DNA from: Candidatus Eiseniibacteriota bacterium
GTDB taxonomy: Bacteria > Eisenbacteria > RBG-16-71-46
Reading direction: 5' to 3'
NCBI GenBank assembly: GCA_963707915.1
Contig: OY970178.1
Location: 1,632,001 to 1,696,000 of the forward strand
Length of the DNA stretch: 64,000 bases
Part shown: one piece after another, positions 41,028-51,089 of the stretch
Numbering within the stretch: position 1 is the stretch's first letter
Layout of the letters: every line of letters starts with the position of its first letter
Program-made: the position numbers and the translations under genes
The notes under the pieces: generated by a model
The model's input: only the letters and a program-made list of their open reading frames with translations
What the model was told of the DNA's origin: nothing
Database searches by the model: none

Positions 41028-43073
41028 TCAGCGGGCCGAGGCGGCGAGCTCGGCCCCGGCGCCTGCCGCCGCGCCCGCCCCTTCGGCGGGAGCCTCCGCC
41101 TCGTTCTGGCGCCGGGTGGCGATGCGGTGCAGTTCCACCACGTCCATGATGAGCGCGACCCGGCCGTCGCCCATGATGGTCGCCCCCATGACGGCGTCCA
41201 CCTTGCGGTAGTTCTGCTCCAGGCTCTTGATGACGACCTGGGACTGCCCGAGCACGTCGTCCACCAGCACCCCGAAGCGGCACTCGTCCGACTCCAGCAC
41301 CACGACGATGCCCTGGCACGGATCGGTCACCGCGCCGGAGACGCCCAGCAGACGGTCCAGCCGGAGCAGCGGGACCTGCTCGCCCCGCAACAGGAAGATC
41401 TCGCCGCGTCCGCCCAGCACGGTCTTGACCTCGCCGGGCGCCGGGCGCACCGATTGCGCGATGGCCAGCAGCGGGATGATGAACACCTCCCGGCCCACCT
41501 GGATCGACAGCCCGTCCAGGATGGCCAGCGTCAGCGGGATGCGGATGCGGAACCGGCTGCCCTGTCCCGGGACGCTCGACACGACGATCGCGCCGTTGAG
41601 CGCCTCGACGTTGCGCTTCACCACGTCCATGCCCACGCCGCGTCCCGAGACGTCGGTGACGACGGCCGCCGTGGAGAAGCCGGGGCGGAAGAGCAGCGCG
41701 TGGATGTCGTCGTCGGAGAGCACCGCGTCCGGGCGCACCAGGTCCTGGGCGACGGCCTTCGCCCGGATGCGATCCCGGTCGAGACCCTTGCCGTCGTCCG
41801 CGATCTCGATGACGACGTTGCCGCCCTCGTGGAACGCACGCAGGCGCACGACGCCCTCCTCGGGCTTGCCGCAGCGGGCCCGCTCCTCGGGCGATTCGAT
41901 GCCGTGGTCCACGGAATTGCGGATGAGGTGCGTGAGCGGATCGCCGAGCCGCTCGATCACGCTCTTGTCGAGCTCGGTGTCAGCGCCGGAGATGTCCAGG
42001 CGCACGCGCTTGCCCAGCGACAGGGCCAGGTCGTGCACGGTCCGCGGGAAGCGGTTGAACACCGACCCCACGGGCAGCATGCGGATGGACATCACGCGTT
42101 CCTGCAGGTCCCGCGTGCTGCGCACCACCATGCCCAGGGCCTCCTGGATCTGGATCAGGCCCTCACCGGTCATGCGCGTCGCGACCTGGCTCACCATGGC
42201 CTGGGCGATGACCAGTTCGCCCACCAGGTTGATGAGCCCGTCCACCTTCTCGGTGGGCACACGGATCGACGACGCATCGGCCTGGCGCCGGTTCGCGTGT
42301 TCCCCGGCGGATGCCGGCGCGGCCGGCGACGACGCGGTGGCGGCGGACGCCGCGGCGGTGTCCGGCACGAGCCGGATCGTGAGGTCGCAGGCGTCCTCGA
42401 CGAACATGAAGACGTCGCGGACCACCGCCTCGCTGGCCACGCCCCGCAACCGGTACGTCCACGACAGGTGACAGGCCTCGGGGTCCAGCGCCTCGAGCGC
42501 CGGGAGCCGGGACCGGTCGCAGTTCACCTCGATCACCTCGCCGAGGTCGGCGATCTCCCGCAGCAGGAGGAGCACGTCCTGCCCCTGCCCGAAGAAGCCC
42601 GAGTGCGGCCGGAAGCTCACTTCGCACACGGAGCCGGCGGCCGCCCCCGCCGCGGCGGGAGCCGGGGCCGGCCCGGCCGGCGCCGGCTCGACGGCGAGCC
42701 TGGCCTCCAGCTCGGCCACGGTCTCGTCGATCGGGACGGTCCCGGCCTGTTCGGCCCGGGTCGCCTCGACCAGGGCGCGCAGCAGGTCGGTCGCCTTGAG
42801 GAGCAACGCCGTGAGCGCGGGCTCCACCGCGAGCCGGCCGCCGCGCAGGCGGTCGAGCACGTTCTCGAGCACGTGGGTGAGGCGCGCGATCTCGGTGAAG
42901 CCGAAGCTGCCGCTGCCCCCCTTGATCGAGTGCGCCGCGCGGAAGATGGTGTTCAGCAGCTCGGGATCGGCCCCGCGGGTCTCCAGGTCAAGCAGCCCGG
43001 ACTCCATGGTGGCGAGATGCTCGTAGGCCTCCTCGAAGAAGGTCTCGTGGAAGCGCTTGAGGTCCACCTTCAT
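41028..43073 (-). CDS. cheA: Chemotaxis histidine kinase CheA
   Basis: IFRAAHSIKG (Hpt), HLIRNSVDHGIE, DDGKG, GFSTA..SGRGVGMDVV, CheW-like P5 domain. Confidence 0.97.
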   Translation of the reverse strand: MKVDLKRFHETFFEEAYEHLATMESGLLDLETRGADPELLNTIFRAAHSIKGGSGSFGFTEIARLTHVLENVLDRLRGGRLAVEPALTALLLKATDLLRALVEATRAEQAGTVPIDETVAELEARLAVEPAPAGPAPAPAAAGAAAGSVCEVSFRPHSGFFGQGQDVLLLLREIADLGEVIEVNCDRSRLPALEALDPEACHLSWTYRLRGVASEAVVRDVFMFVEDACDLTIRLVPDTAAASAATASSPAAPASAGEHANRRQADASSIRVPTEKVDGLINLVGELVIAQAMVSQVATRMTGEGLIQIQEALGMVVRSTRDLQERVMSIRMLPVGSVFNRFPRTVHDLALSLGKRVRLDISGADTELDKSVIERLGDPLTHLIRNSVDHGIESPEERARCGKPEEGVVRLRAFHEGGNVVIEIADDGKGLDRDRIRAKAVAQDLVRPDAVLSDDDIHALLFRPGFSTAAVVTDVSGRGVGMDVVKRNVEALNGAIVVSSVPGQGSRFRIRIPLTLAILDGLSIQVGREVFIIPLLAIAQSVRPAPGEVKTVLGGRGEIFLLRGEQVPLLRLDRLLGVSGAVTDPCQGIVVVLESDECRFGVLVDDVLGQSQVVIKSLEQNYRKVDAVMGATIMGDGRVALIMDVVELHRIATRRQNEAEAPAEGAGAAAGAGAELAASAR

Positions 43074-43080
43074 GGGGAGC

Positions 43081-43440
43081 CTACCCTCTCTCCGGCGCGG
43101 CGACCGCCGGCCGTTCGCCGCCGATGACCCCCGCGAGCCCGACGACGCGCAGGGTGTCCTCGACCGACGGGGCCATGGCCACCACCTTGAGGCTGCGTCC
43201 GCGCGCTGCGAGCTCCGCGCCCAGCGCGAGCAGCACCTGCAACGCGGCGCCGTCCAGGTACTCGGCGCGGGCGAGGTCGAGCGTCACCGTCCCGGTCCCG
43301 GCGAGCGCGGCCAGCGCCCCCTCCTTGAGCCGGCGCGCCAGCGCCGCGTTGATCGTGCCCTCCAGGCACAGGCGCCGCTGCGCGCCGTCCTCGTCGACCC
43401 GGATCGGCTGCACGGCTCCCTCCCTCGCGCTCGTCACCAT
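43081..43440 (-). CDS. STAS domain protein
   Basis: L.LEG.I..LK..VTLDLARAEYLDGAALQVLL..LRVVGL. Confidence 0.85.
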   Translation of the reverse strand: MVTSAREGAVQPIRVDEDGAQRRLCLEGTINAALARRLKEGALAALAGTGTVTLDLARAEYLDGAALQVLLALGAELAARGRSLKVVAMAPSVEDTLRVVGLAGVIGGERPAVAAPERG

Positions 43441-43452
43441 CGGGGCCCCCTC

Positions 43453-44817
43453 CTAGAACAGCACGTCATCCACGGCCTGGGCGGCGGCGCCCACCGCGGA
43501 GGCCTCGGCGGGGGCGGTCGCCCCGCTCGCCGGGCTCGCGGACGGCGCCTCCCCGACCAGGTCGGTGTCGCCCTTCACCACGCGCAGCCCGAGGCTGAAC
43601 ACCTGGTCGTCGAGGCAGCGGAACACGGTCCGGAGGTCGGCGGGCGCCTCCCCGACCTCCTCGGTCACCACCTCGGGCAGCCCCATCTTGAGGTCGAACC
43701 CGCGCGAGTGGAGACCGGCGCGGATGCGGCCGGCGATCGTGTTGACCAGCTCGTAGAGCACCTCGGAGCTGCCGTCCTCGAAGGTGCTCTCCCGGCGCAG
43801 CACCTGGGAGCCGATCTTCTCCGCCTGGGCGCGGCCGATGAGCATCTCGGTGTGGAGGGTGGCGCCGCTCTCGGCGTCGCGCAGGGTGACCCGCGCGCAC
43901 ACGCCGGTCGGGCACTCGACGCCCTTCTGCTCCTCCTCGCCGTAGGCCAGGACCTCCTTGCCCATCATCACGCCCATGGTCTGCTGGGTGGCCGTGACGA
44001 GCTCCTTGCGCAGGCCCTCGCGCACCAGGTGGCGCAGCTTCTCGAGCGTGTTCTGGTCGCGCAGCACGACCCGGCGGAACTCCTCGAGGAACTGCTCGGG
44101 GACGAACGACTTGCGCACCACGCCCGCGTAGCGCGCGGCCTTGGCGGCCTCCACGTCCGAGTTCGAGAACAGGAAGATCTGCGGCGGGGTCGAGCCGTCC
44201 TGGATGGACATCTTGCGGATGACGTCCGCCAGCACGTCCTCGCCCATGAGCGGGAGCCCCTCCGCCAGGCACACCAGGCTGGGCTTCACCGTCGCCTCGC
44301 GGAAGCGGACGGCCGCCTGCGTGCTCGAGGAGACGTCGGTGACGTCGAACTCCTGGTCGAGGAGCGGCCGCGCGAAGGCCAGGAAGTTGGGGTCGGCGTC
44401 CACCATGAGCAGGGTGTTGAAGGTCCCGCCCTCGCGGCGCTGGCGCCACTGGGTCGAGCGCAGCATGACGCTCTTGAAGCGCGGCAGCGCGTCGACCGGG
44501 TTGATGGGCTTGAGCATGTAGTCGACGACGCCGAGCCCCAGCATGCGCGTCACGTTCTCCTTGGTGCTCGACGCCGAGACGCAGATCACCGGCACGTCGG
44601 CCCGCTGGGGCGACTGGCGGATGGCGCAGAGCGCCTCCAGCCCGCTCAGGATCGGCATCTCGATGTCGAGCACCAGGAAGTCGGGGTCCACCAGCTCGAG
44701 CTGCTGGAGCGCCGACAGGCCGTTGTCCGCCTCCACCACCTCGACGTTGAGGTGGCTGAGGAGGCGCTTGATCACCGCTCGCGAGATGCGGTCGTTGTCG
44801 ACGACGAGGGCCTTCAT
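43453..44817 (-). CDS. Receiver + pseudo-receiver + CheX-like phosphatase domain protein
   Basis: REC1 LDIEMP..KP; REC2 lacks the acceptor Asp (CLAEGLP); C-terminal ELVNTIAG (ExxN) and MGLPEV. Confidence 0.75.
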   Translation of the reverse strand: MKALVVDNDRISRAVIKRLLSHLNVEVVEADNGLSALQQLELVDPDFLVLDIEMPILSGLEALCAIRQSPQRADVPVICVSASSTKENVTRMLGLGVVDYMLKPINPVDALPRFKSVMLRSTQWRQRREGGTFNTLLMVDADPNFLAFARPLLDQEFDVTDVSSSTQAAVRFREATVKPSLVCLAEGLPLMGEDVLADVIRKMSIQDGSTPPQIFLFSNSDVEAAKAARYAGVVRKSFVPEQFLEEFRRVVLRDQNTLEKLRHLVREGLRKELVTATQQTMGVMMGKEVLAYGEEEQKGVECPTGVCARVTLRDAESGATLHTEMLIGRAQAEKIGSQVLRRESTFEDGSSEVLYELVNTIAGRIRAGLHSRGFDLKMGLPEVVTEEVGEAPADLRTVFRCLDDQVFSLGLRVVKGDTDLVGEAPSASPASGATAPAEASAVGAAAQAVDDVLF

Positions 44818-44820
44818 GGC

Positions 44821-45435
44821 TCAGAACAGCTCGATGCCGCCGGAGTCCAGGGACTGCTGCTGGACCGTCTTGCGCGCCACCGCGAGGAGCTCCGACCGGT
44901 GCGCGTCGAGGCGCCGGAACAGCTCGTCCAGCACCTCGTTGGTCAGCGGCGCCACGGGGTTGTCGGGATGGGGGTGCAGGACCGACATGTCCTTCGAGAA
45001 GCGCTCCAGCGTCGTCAGGCGGCGGCCCACGTGCTGGAGCAGCTGGGTGGCCATGTCCTCGAACTGCAGGCTCTGGACCGTGCTGCCCGTCCTCGAGGTG
45101 ATTTCCATGGCGATCGCCGCAACCTGGCCCATGGGCGCCCCGCCAGGCGTGGACTGGGCCACGTCGATCAGGCGCACCAGATCCGCCAGGCTGCCAGTCA
45201 TCTCGCAGAACGCCGTGGAGAGCTTCTCGGCAGCGTCCGCCAGGATCCCGCGCAGCTGGTCGAGGTCCACCGCCGTCGTGTTGAACTCGCTGTGCAGCGT
45301 GGTGTGCACCTCGTCGCGCAGCAGGTACAGCCGCTCCCGGATCTCGGGCGGCGGAACGGGGATGCCGTCCCACCGGGCGGGACAGGCCACGGCATCGACC
45401 GCGCCCGTGGCGTCACCAACCGGACCATTCGTCAT
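44821..45435 (-). CDS. CheZ-like or MCP-tail-like helical protein
   Basis: VQSLQFEDMATQLL (DxxxQ) and C-terminal VQQQSLDSGGIELF. Confidence 0.6.
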   Translation of the reverse strand: MTNGPVGDATGAVDAVACPARWDGIPVPPPEIRERLYLLRDEVHTTLHSEFNTTAVDLDQLRGILADAAEKLSTAFCEMTGSLADLVRLIDVAQSTPGGAPMGQVAAIAMEITSRTGSTVQSLQFEDMATQLLQHVGRRLTTLERFSKDMSVLHPHPDNPVAPLTNEVLDELFRRLDAHRSELLAVARKTVQQQSLDSGGIELF

Positions 45436-45499
45436 CGTGTCCTCCGTCGAGAAGAAAGGCGACCCGGGGCCCGCAGGGGGTTTGGAGGCTCGTCCCGGC

Positions 45500-45871
45500 C
45501 TAGGACTTCGGTACGACCTTCGCGATCACCTGCAGCAGCATCTCCGGGTTGAAGGGCTTCACCAGCCAGCCGGTCGCGCCGGCGGCCTTTCCCTGCGCCT
45601 TCATGTCGGCCTGGGACTCCGTCGTCAGCATGAGGATCGGGGTGAACTTGTACTCGTCCCGGGCCCGGACCGCCTTGATGAAGGTGAGCCCGTCCATCAC
45701 CGGCATGTTGAGGTCGGTGATGATCAGGTCCAGCGGCGCTCCGGAGAGCTGCTCCAGCCCGTCCTGGCCGTTCTTCCCGACCAGGGGTTCGAAGCCGGCC
45801 TGCTTCAACGTATAGGACACCATCTCCCGCATCGTCGCGGAATCGTCGACCACCAGGGCGCTCTTGCTCAC
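45500..45871 (-). CDS. cheY: CheY response regulator
   Basis: GTG start with GAGG upstream; LVVDDS, TDLNMPVMDG, LTTES, WLVKPF. Confidence 0.95.
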   Translation of the reverse strand: MSKSALVVDDSATMREMVSYTLKQAGFEPLVGKNGQDGLEQLSGAPLDLIITDLNMPVMDGLTFIKAVRARDEYKFTPILMLTTESQADMKAQGKAAGATGWLVKPFNPEMLLQVIAKVVPKS

Positions 45872-45964
45872 GGATCCGCCTCGGGTTGAGGAACACGCGG
45901 CTCGTCCCCGACGGGGGACATCGAAACCCCTGACGAGCGGGGAGCCGCCGGGAGTCTTCGTTGA

Positions 45965-45991
45965 GTATCGGGCCGGGGGTGGATTCCTTGA
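45965..45991 (-). promoter_or_regulatory. Sigma-28-like promoter of the cheY-cheA unit
   Basis: TCAAG-N14-CCCGATAC on the minus strand. Confidence 0.7.
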
Positions 45992-46040
45992 GGCCGCCCG
46001 CCGGGCCCCGCGAAGCCCCGCGCCGCCCCCCCGCCGGGCC

Positions 46041-46067
46041 TCAAGACACGCTCCGCCAAACCGATAC
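46041..46067 (+). promoter_or_regulatory. Sigma-28-like promoter of motAB
   Basis: TCAAG-N14-ACCGATAC. Confidence 0.7.
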
Positions 46068-46120
46068 TGGATGCACGGCCGTACGTCTGCCGGCCCGGTC
46101 GAACCCCTGGGAGCGTGCGA

Positions 46121-47004
46121 ATGATCGCCCTGATCGGACTGATCGTGGTCATCGGGTCGGTGATCGGCGGATTCACCATCGCCGGGGGGAAGCTCGTCGC
46201 CCTCTTCCAGCTCTCGGAGCTGGTCACGATCATCGGCACGGCCACCGGGACGGTGCTCATCGCGACCCCCCCCGCGGTCCTCAAGTCGCTCGGGGCCAAG
46301 CTGCCGAAGCTCATCCAGCCCTCCCCGTTCGGCAAGACGCTCTACCTCGACATGCTCAAGATGATGTACGAGATCTTCCAGACCGCGCGCCGCGACGGCC
46401 TGGTGGCCATCGAGGCCCACATCGAGGCCCCGGCGAAGAGCGCGCTCTTCGCCCGCTACCCGCAGGTCCTCCGCCACCACCACGCGATCGTCTACCTGTG
46501 CGACTCGCTGCGGCTGGTGCTGGTCGGCAGCGTGCCGCCGCACGACCTCGAGGCCCTGATGGACGGCGAGATCGACGTCCACCACGAGCAGGAGGCGATG
46601 CCGGTAACGACGATGACACGGGTGGGCGACGCGCTGCCCGGCATCGGCATCGTGGCGGCGGTGCTCGGCATCGTGGTCACGATGGGCGCGATCTCCGGCC
46701 CGGTGGAGCAGATCGGCGAGAAGGTGGCCGCCGCCCTGGTCGGGACGTTCCTCGGCGTGCTCTGCGCCTACGGCTTCGTGAACCCGATCGCCCAGGGGCT
46801 CGAGCACGTCAACACCGCGGAGTCGCGCATCTTCTACGTCGCCAAGGCGTGCGTCGTGGCCTTCGCGAAGGGCTTCTCCCCGATCGTCGCCGTCGAGTTC
46901 GGGCGGCGCGCGATCTTCGCCGAGGTGCGGCCGACCTTCGCCGAGATGGAGAGCCGCCTGCAAGAGCCTCAAGGGACCGGGCAAGGGCGGAGCGGGCGCG
47001 GTGA
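46121..47004 (+). CDS. motA: Flagellar stator MotA; 3' end disturbed by an indel near 46955
   Basis: ARRDGLVAIE, DALPGIGIVAAVLG, ALVGTFLG, AVEFGRR. Confidence 0.93.
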
Positions 47005-47858
47005 ACAAGAACCGCGAGGTACCGGTCATCATCATCGTGAAGAAGCGCGGTCACCGCGGCGGGCACCACGGCGGCGCCTGGAAGGTGGCTTTCGCCGACT
47101 TCATGACCGCCATGTTCGCGCTCTTCCTGGTGCTGTGGATCGTGAACCAGAGCACCGACATCCGCTCGGCGGTCGCGGGCTACTTCCAGGACCCGCTCGG
47201 GCGCGCCGACGAGTTCGGCAGCTCGATCATGCCCGGCGAGGGCGCGCAGAGCTCCACCGTGCGCCCGCTCTCGCCGAGCGAGGTGGTGGAGATGCGCCGC
47301 AACCGCCTGGGGGCGCTCGCCCAGCGCCTCGAGGGCCAGCTCGACAAGGTCGCCGACCTCGGCGCCGCCCGGGACAAGATCGAGATCCAGCTGACCAGCG
47401 ACGGGCTGCGCATCCAGCTGCTCGAGGACTCGACCGGCGTGTTCTTCGACACCGGCAGCTCCACTCCCAACCCGCGCGGCGTGCAGATCCTCGCGCTGCT
47501 CGGGCGGGAGCTCGGCGCCCTGCCCAACGCCGTGCGGGTCGAGGGCTACACCGACGCCCGTCCGTACGCGGGCAACAGCGCCTACTCGAACTGGGAGCTC
47601 AGCGCCGACCGGGCCAACGCGGCCCGCCGCGTCCTGGGGCGGAACGGCCTGGCCCCCGACCAGGTGGTGCAGATCCGCGGCCTCGCCGACCACGAGCTGC
47701 GCGACCCGGGCAACCCGTACTCGGCCTGCAACCGGCGGATCACGATCACCATGCTGACGGAGTACGCACGGCCGCCCGAGATGCGCTCGCCCGACGGCCT
47801 GCCGCCCGACTCCATGCCGGGCAGCCACCGCGCGACGGCGCCGGAGACCTCCACGTGA
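47001..47858 (+). CDS. motB: Flagellar stator MotB
   Basis: HHGGAWKVAFADFMTAM, EGYTD, NWELSADRA, NRRI. Confidence 0.96.
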   Translation: MNKNREVPVIIIVKKRGHRGGHHGGAWKVAFADFMTAMFALFLVLWIVNQSTDIRSAVAGYFQDPLGRADEFGSSIMPGEGAQSSTVRPLSPSEVVEMRRNRLGALAQRLEGQLDKVADLGAARDKIEIQLTSDGLRIQLLEDSTGVFFDTGSSTPNPRGVQILALLGRELGALPNAVRVEGYTDARPYAGNSAYSNWELSADRANAARRVLGRNGLAPDQVVQIRGLADHELRDPGNPYSACNRRITITMLTEYARPPEMRSPDGLPPDSMPGSHRATAPETST

Positions 47859-49045
47859 GCGGCCCGGCGACCGTGCTGCTGGCCTCGGCCGACGACGCGG
47901 TGGTGGGGGGCTTCACCGCCATGCTGGCCCTGGTGCCCGGGGTCCGTCCGCTGGTGACCCCCCACGGGGCGGACGTGCTGCCGCTGGTGCGGGAGCAGCA
48001 GCCCGACCTGGTGATCGTCGACCACGAGCTCATCGGCGAGCGCGCCTTCGACCTGTGCCGCGGCCTGCGTGCCCAGCCGGGCATGGCCGACGCGATGATC
48101 GTGCTGGTGGTGTCCAGCGACAGCACCGAGTTCAAGCGCCAGGGACTGGCCGTCGGGGTGGACGAGTACCTCACCCGACCGGTGGAGCCCGCCGACCTGA
48201 TGGCGAAGGTGCGCTGGATGCAGCGCATCAAGCGGGTGAACGACGAGCTCCGCTCCGACCGCCAGGAGCTCGAGCGGCTGCACGTGGAGCTCCGCCTGGG
48301 CTTCGACCACCTGCTCGAACTGCTCGTGAGCCTCGTGGACATGCGGCTCCCCGGCGCCGCCGCGCGCGGCGAGCGGATCGTGGAGCTGGCCCGGGGACTG
48401 GCGGAACGGTTCGAGGTCCCGCTCTCGATGTGCCGCGACCTCGACATCGCCGCCCGCCTGCACGAGATGGGCCGCGTCCTGGCCGCGGGCGACGGGCGGG
48501 ACGGCGAGCCCGGCCCGCCGCCGGCCCACGACACCCGGTTCGTCCTCGCCACCCGCGCCCTGCTGCAGCGCGTGGACGGCCTGCGCGAGGCCGGCGACCT
48601 GGTGGGCGCGATCTTCGAGAACTGGGACGGCTCCGGCTTCCCCAGCCACCTGCAGCAGGGCCAGATCCCGCTGCGCTCCCGGATCCTGCGCGTGATCATC
48701 GACTTCACGACCGCGCTCGCGGCCGAGGGCGAGGCCTCCGTCGACGAGATCATGGACCGGCTCGACGAGCGCCGGGGCACCTGCTACGACCCCATGGTCA
48801 TCGTCCAGCTGCAGGAGATGCTCGCCAGCGGGCCCCAGCACGAGCTGCGCGACTCGCGCATCCGGCTGGCCATCCCGGACCTCGAGGCGGGGATGGTGCT
48901 GGCCGAGGACCTGTGCACGGACTCGGGCCTCAAGCTGCTCGCGCGGGGCACCCGGCTGTCGTCGTCGGTGCTGGAGACCATCCGGCGGCGGCACCACCTC
49001 GAGCCCCTGCTCGAAGGCGCGACCATCCTGAAGCAGTCCGCCTGA
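47855..49045 (+). CDS. Response regulator with a degenerate HD-GYP domain
   Basis: GTG overlaps the motB stop; REC (PDLVIVD), LHEMGR, FENWDGSGFP, IPLRSRI, YDP. Confidence 0.8.
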   Translation: MSGPATVLLASADDAVVGGFTAMLALVPGVRPLVTPHGADVLPLVREQQPDLVIVDHELIGERAFDLCRGLRAQPGMADAMIVLVVSSDSTEFKRQGLAVGVDEYLTRPVEPADLMAKVRWMQRIKRVNDELRSDRQELERLHVELRLGFDHLLELLVSLVDMRLPGAAARGERIVELARGLAERFEVPLSMCRDLDIAARLHEMGRVLAAGDGRDGEPGPPPAHDTRFVLATRALLQRVDGLREAGDLVGAIFENWDGSGFPSHLQQGQIPLRSRILRVIIDFTTALAAEGEASVDEIMDRLDERRGTCYDPMVIVQLQEMLASGPQHELRDSRIRLAIPDLEAGMVLAEDLCTDSGLKLLARGTRLSSSVLETIRRRHHLEPLLEGATILKQSA

Positions 49046-49179
49046 CCCCTCCGCCACCCCCTGGACCGGCAGCCCGGGCGTGACGCGGGCGCGAGGCGCC
49101 CGCCCCCCGCGACGCGCGCGAACGGCCGGGAGGTGCCACACCCCCCGGCGGCACTCGCGAACCGTCGCTGCGACCGCTC

Positions 49180-50541
49180 TCAGATCATCTGGAGCACGCT
49201 CTGCATCATCTCGTTGGCGACGTTCACGATGCGTGCGGCCGCGGTGTAGGCCTGCTGCTGGCTGATGAGCGCGACCATCTCCTCGTCCACCGAGACGCCG
49301 CTGATGCTGGCGCGCAACGTGTCGGCCTGGTCCACCATCGCCTGGTGCGCGGACGCGTCCTGGGACGCGCTGCTCACGCTGGACCCGACCTGCCCGGAGA
49401 GATCGATGTAGAACTCCCGGAAGCTCCTCCCGCCCAGCGCCGCGACACCGGTCGTGGCCAGGGCCGCGAGCTGCTGCGCGACCGTGCCGTCGCCGGCGGC
49501 CGCGATCCCGCCCGCCGCGATGGCGTCTCCGGAGGCGAGCACTCCGGGAGCCAGCGCGATGCTCTGCGCGGTCACCCCCGCCGGGTCGAAGAAGTCGGTG
49601 TTGGTCGCGCCGTTCAGGGTGTAGCCGGTGCGGTGGATCGCGTTCACGGTCGTGACCAGCGCCCGGGCCAGGGAGTCGAGCTGGGCCTCGATGCCGGGCA
49701 GCGTGGTCGTGGTGAGCTCGCAGAGCGCGGCCAGGCTCCCCGACTTCGGGGCCACCGTGCCGCCCCCGGAGGTGACCAGGCTGTAGCCGCCCCCCGGCAG
49801 CGCGTTCACCGCCAGCGCCTGGGCGTTCGAACCGTCCACGATGATCGTGTCGCCCGCGGCCACCGCGATGGTGCCGTCGCTGCGGTCCATCACGCGCACT
49901 CCGACCAGGCCGGAGAGCTGGTCCACGAGCAGGTCGCGCCGGTCCTGCAGATCGGGGGCCGTCCCGCCCGGGCCGCTGGCGAGGATCTGCCCGTTGAGCT
50001 CGCCGATCTGGCGGGCGAGGTCGTTCACCTGGCCCACCTGGTCGCGGATCTGCGCCAGCGCGCCGTCGGCGATCTCGTGCACCGCGGTGTCGAGCTGCTG
50101 GAGTTGCTGCACGAATCGCCGGCCCGCCTGCTGCACGAGCGAACGGCTGGTGGGGCTGGCCGGGTTGTTCGCCAGGTTGGCGAACGCGCCGAAGAAGCCG
50201 TCGAGCGACGCCGCGAGCCCGTCGGTCGAAGGCTCGTGGATGGCCGCCTCGACCTGGCCCAGGAAGTCCCCCATGGTGGCGGAGTTGCCCAGGAGCCCCG
50301 ATTCGCTGCGATAGCGGGAGTCGAAGAAGGTGTTGCGCACGCGCTCGATGCCGGCCTCGGTCACGCCCCGGCCGATGGGCCCCATCGGCGTGAGCTGCGG
50401 CGCGGCCGCGGTGAGCGTGAGTCGCTGGCGGCTGTAGCCCGCCGTCTGGGCGTTCGCGACGTTGTGCGCGGTCACGCTCATCGCGTTCTGCTGGGCGAAC
50501 ATCGCGGACCGCGCGATGCTCAACAGGCTGGCGAGGGACAT
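49180..50541 (-). CDS. flgK: Hook-associated protein FlgK
   Basis: HNVANAQTAGYSRQ, LQDRRD, SGVSVDEEM..QQAY.A.AR. Confidence 0.95.
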   Translation of the reverse strand: MSLASLLSIARSAMFAQQNAMSVTAHNVANAQTAGYSRQRLTLTAAAPQLTPMGPIGRGVTEAGIERVRNTFFDSRYRSESGLLGNSATMGDFLGQVEAAIHEPSTDGLAASLDGFFGAFANLANNPASPTSRSLVQQAGRRFVQQLQQLDTAVHEIADGALAQIRDQVGQVNDLARQIGELNGQILASGPGGTAPDLQDRRDLLVDQLSGLVGVRVMDRSDGTIAVAAGDTIIVDGSNAQALAVNALPGGGYSLVTSGGGTVAPKSGSLAALCELTTTTLPGIEAQLDSLARALVTTVNAIHRTGYTLNGATNTDFFDPAGVTAQSIALAPGVLASGDAIAAGGIAAAGDGTVAQQLAALATTGVAALGGRSFREFYIDLSGQVGSSVSSASQDASAHQAMVDQADTLRASISGVSVDEEMVALISQQQAYTAAARIVNVANEMMQSVLQMI

Positions 50542-50543
50542 GG

Positions 50544-51089
50544 TCAGGCCCTCCGGTTGAGGATGAAGCCCGGGCTCTTCGGGGTGGCCGGGTGCTCGGC
50601 CGCCCGGTAGACCGGCGAGGGCTCCTCCGCGGAGGAGAACAGCGCCTGGAGGAACGCGTTCCCCGCCTCGACGGCGCTGCGCAGCACGGTCCGGTTCACG
50701 GCCGCCTCGCGGGCCGCCTTCTCCGCCTCGCGGCGCAACGCGGCGCGCGCGGCGACGTAGGCGCCCGCGCCATGCGCGCCGGCGGGCGGCTCGAACTCCT
50801 CGAGCGAGGCGCCCGGGTCACCGCCCAGCTCCGCCACGACCGCCACGCGGTGGCGGCGCGATTCGTCCACGGCCAGCAGGAGCCGGCCGACGTCGTCGAC
50901 ACTGGCGTTCACGCGGGTGATGTCGCTGGCGGCCACGGCGGAGCGCTGCTGCACGAGCGCTTCGCCCAGGTCGCGCACGGCGACGATCTCGTGCTCGAGC
51001 GCCGCGGTGAGCCGCTCGAGCGACTGCGTCGCGGTGGTGGCCGCGGGACGCGACGCCTCCAGCACCAGGCTCAACGATTGGGGCTTCAT
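50544..51089 (-). CDS. flgN: Flagellar export chaperone FlgN-like
   Basis: Helical protein upstream of flgK, N..L pattern, C-terminal VY..ILNRRA. Confidence 0.7.
   Translation of the reverse strand: MKPQSLSLVLEASRPAATTATQSLERLTAALEHEIVAVRDLGEALVQQRSAVAASDITRVNASVDDVGRLLLAVDESRRHRVAVVAELGGDPGASLEEFEPPAGAHGAGAYVAARAALRREAEKAAREAAVNRTVLRSAVEAGNAFLQALFSSAEEPSPVYRAAEHPATPKSPGFILNRRA

Noticed and set aside
46115..49045. Apparent MotA-response regulator fusion (976 aa)
   Set aside because: Read-through after an indel; the middle part is an out-of-frame translation of motB
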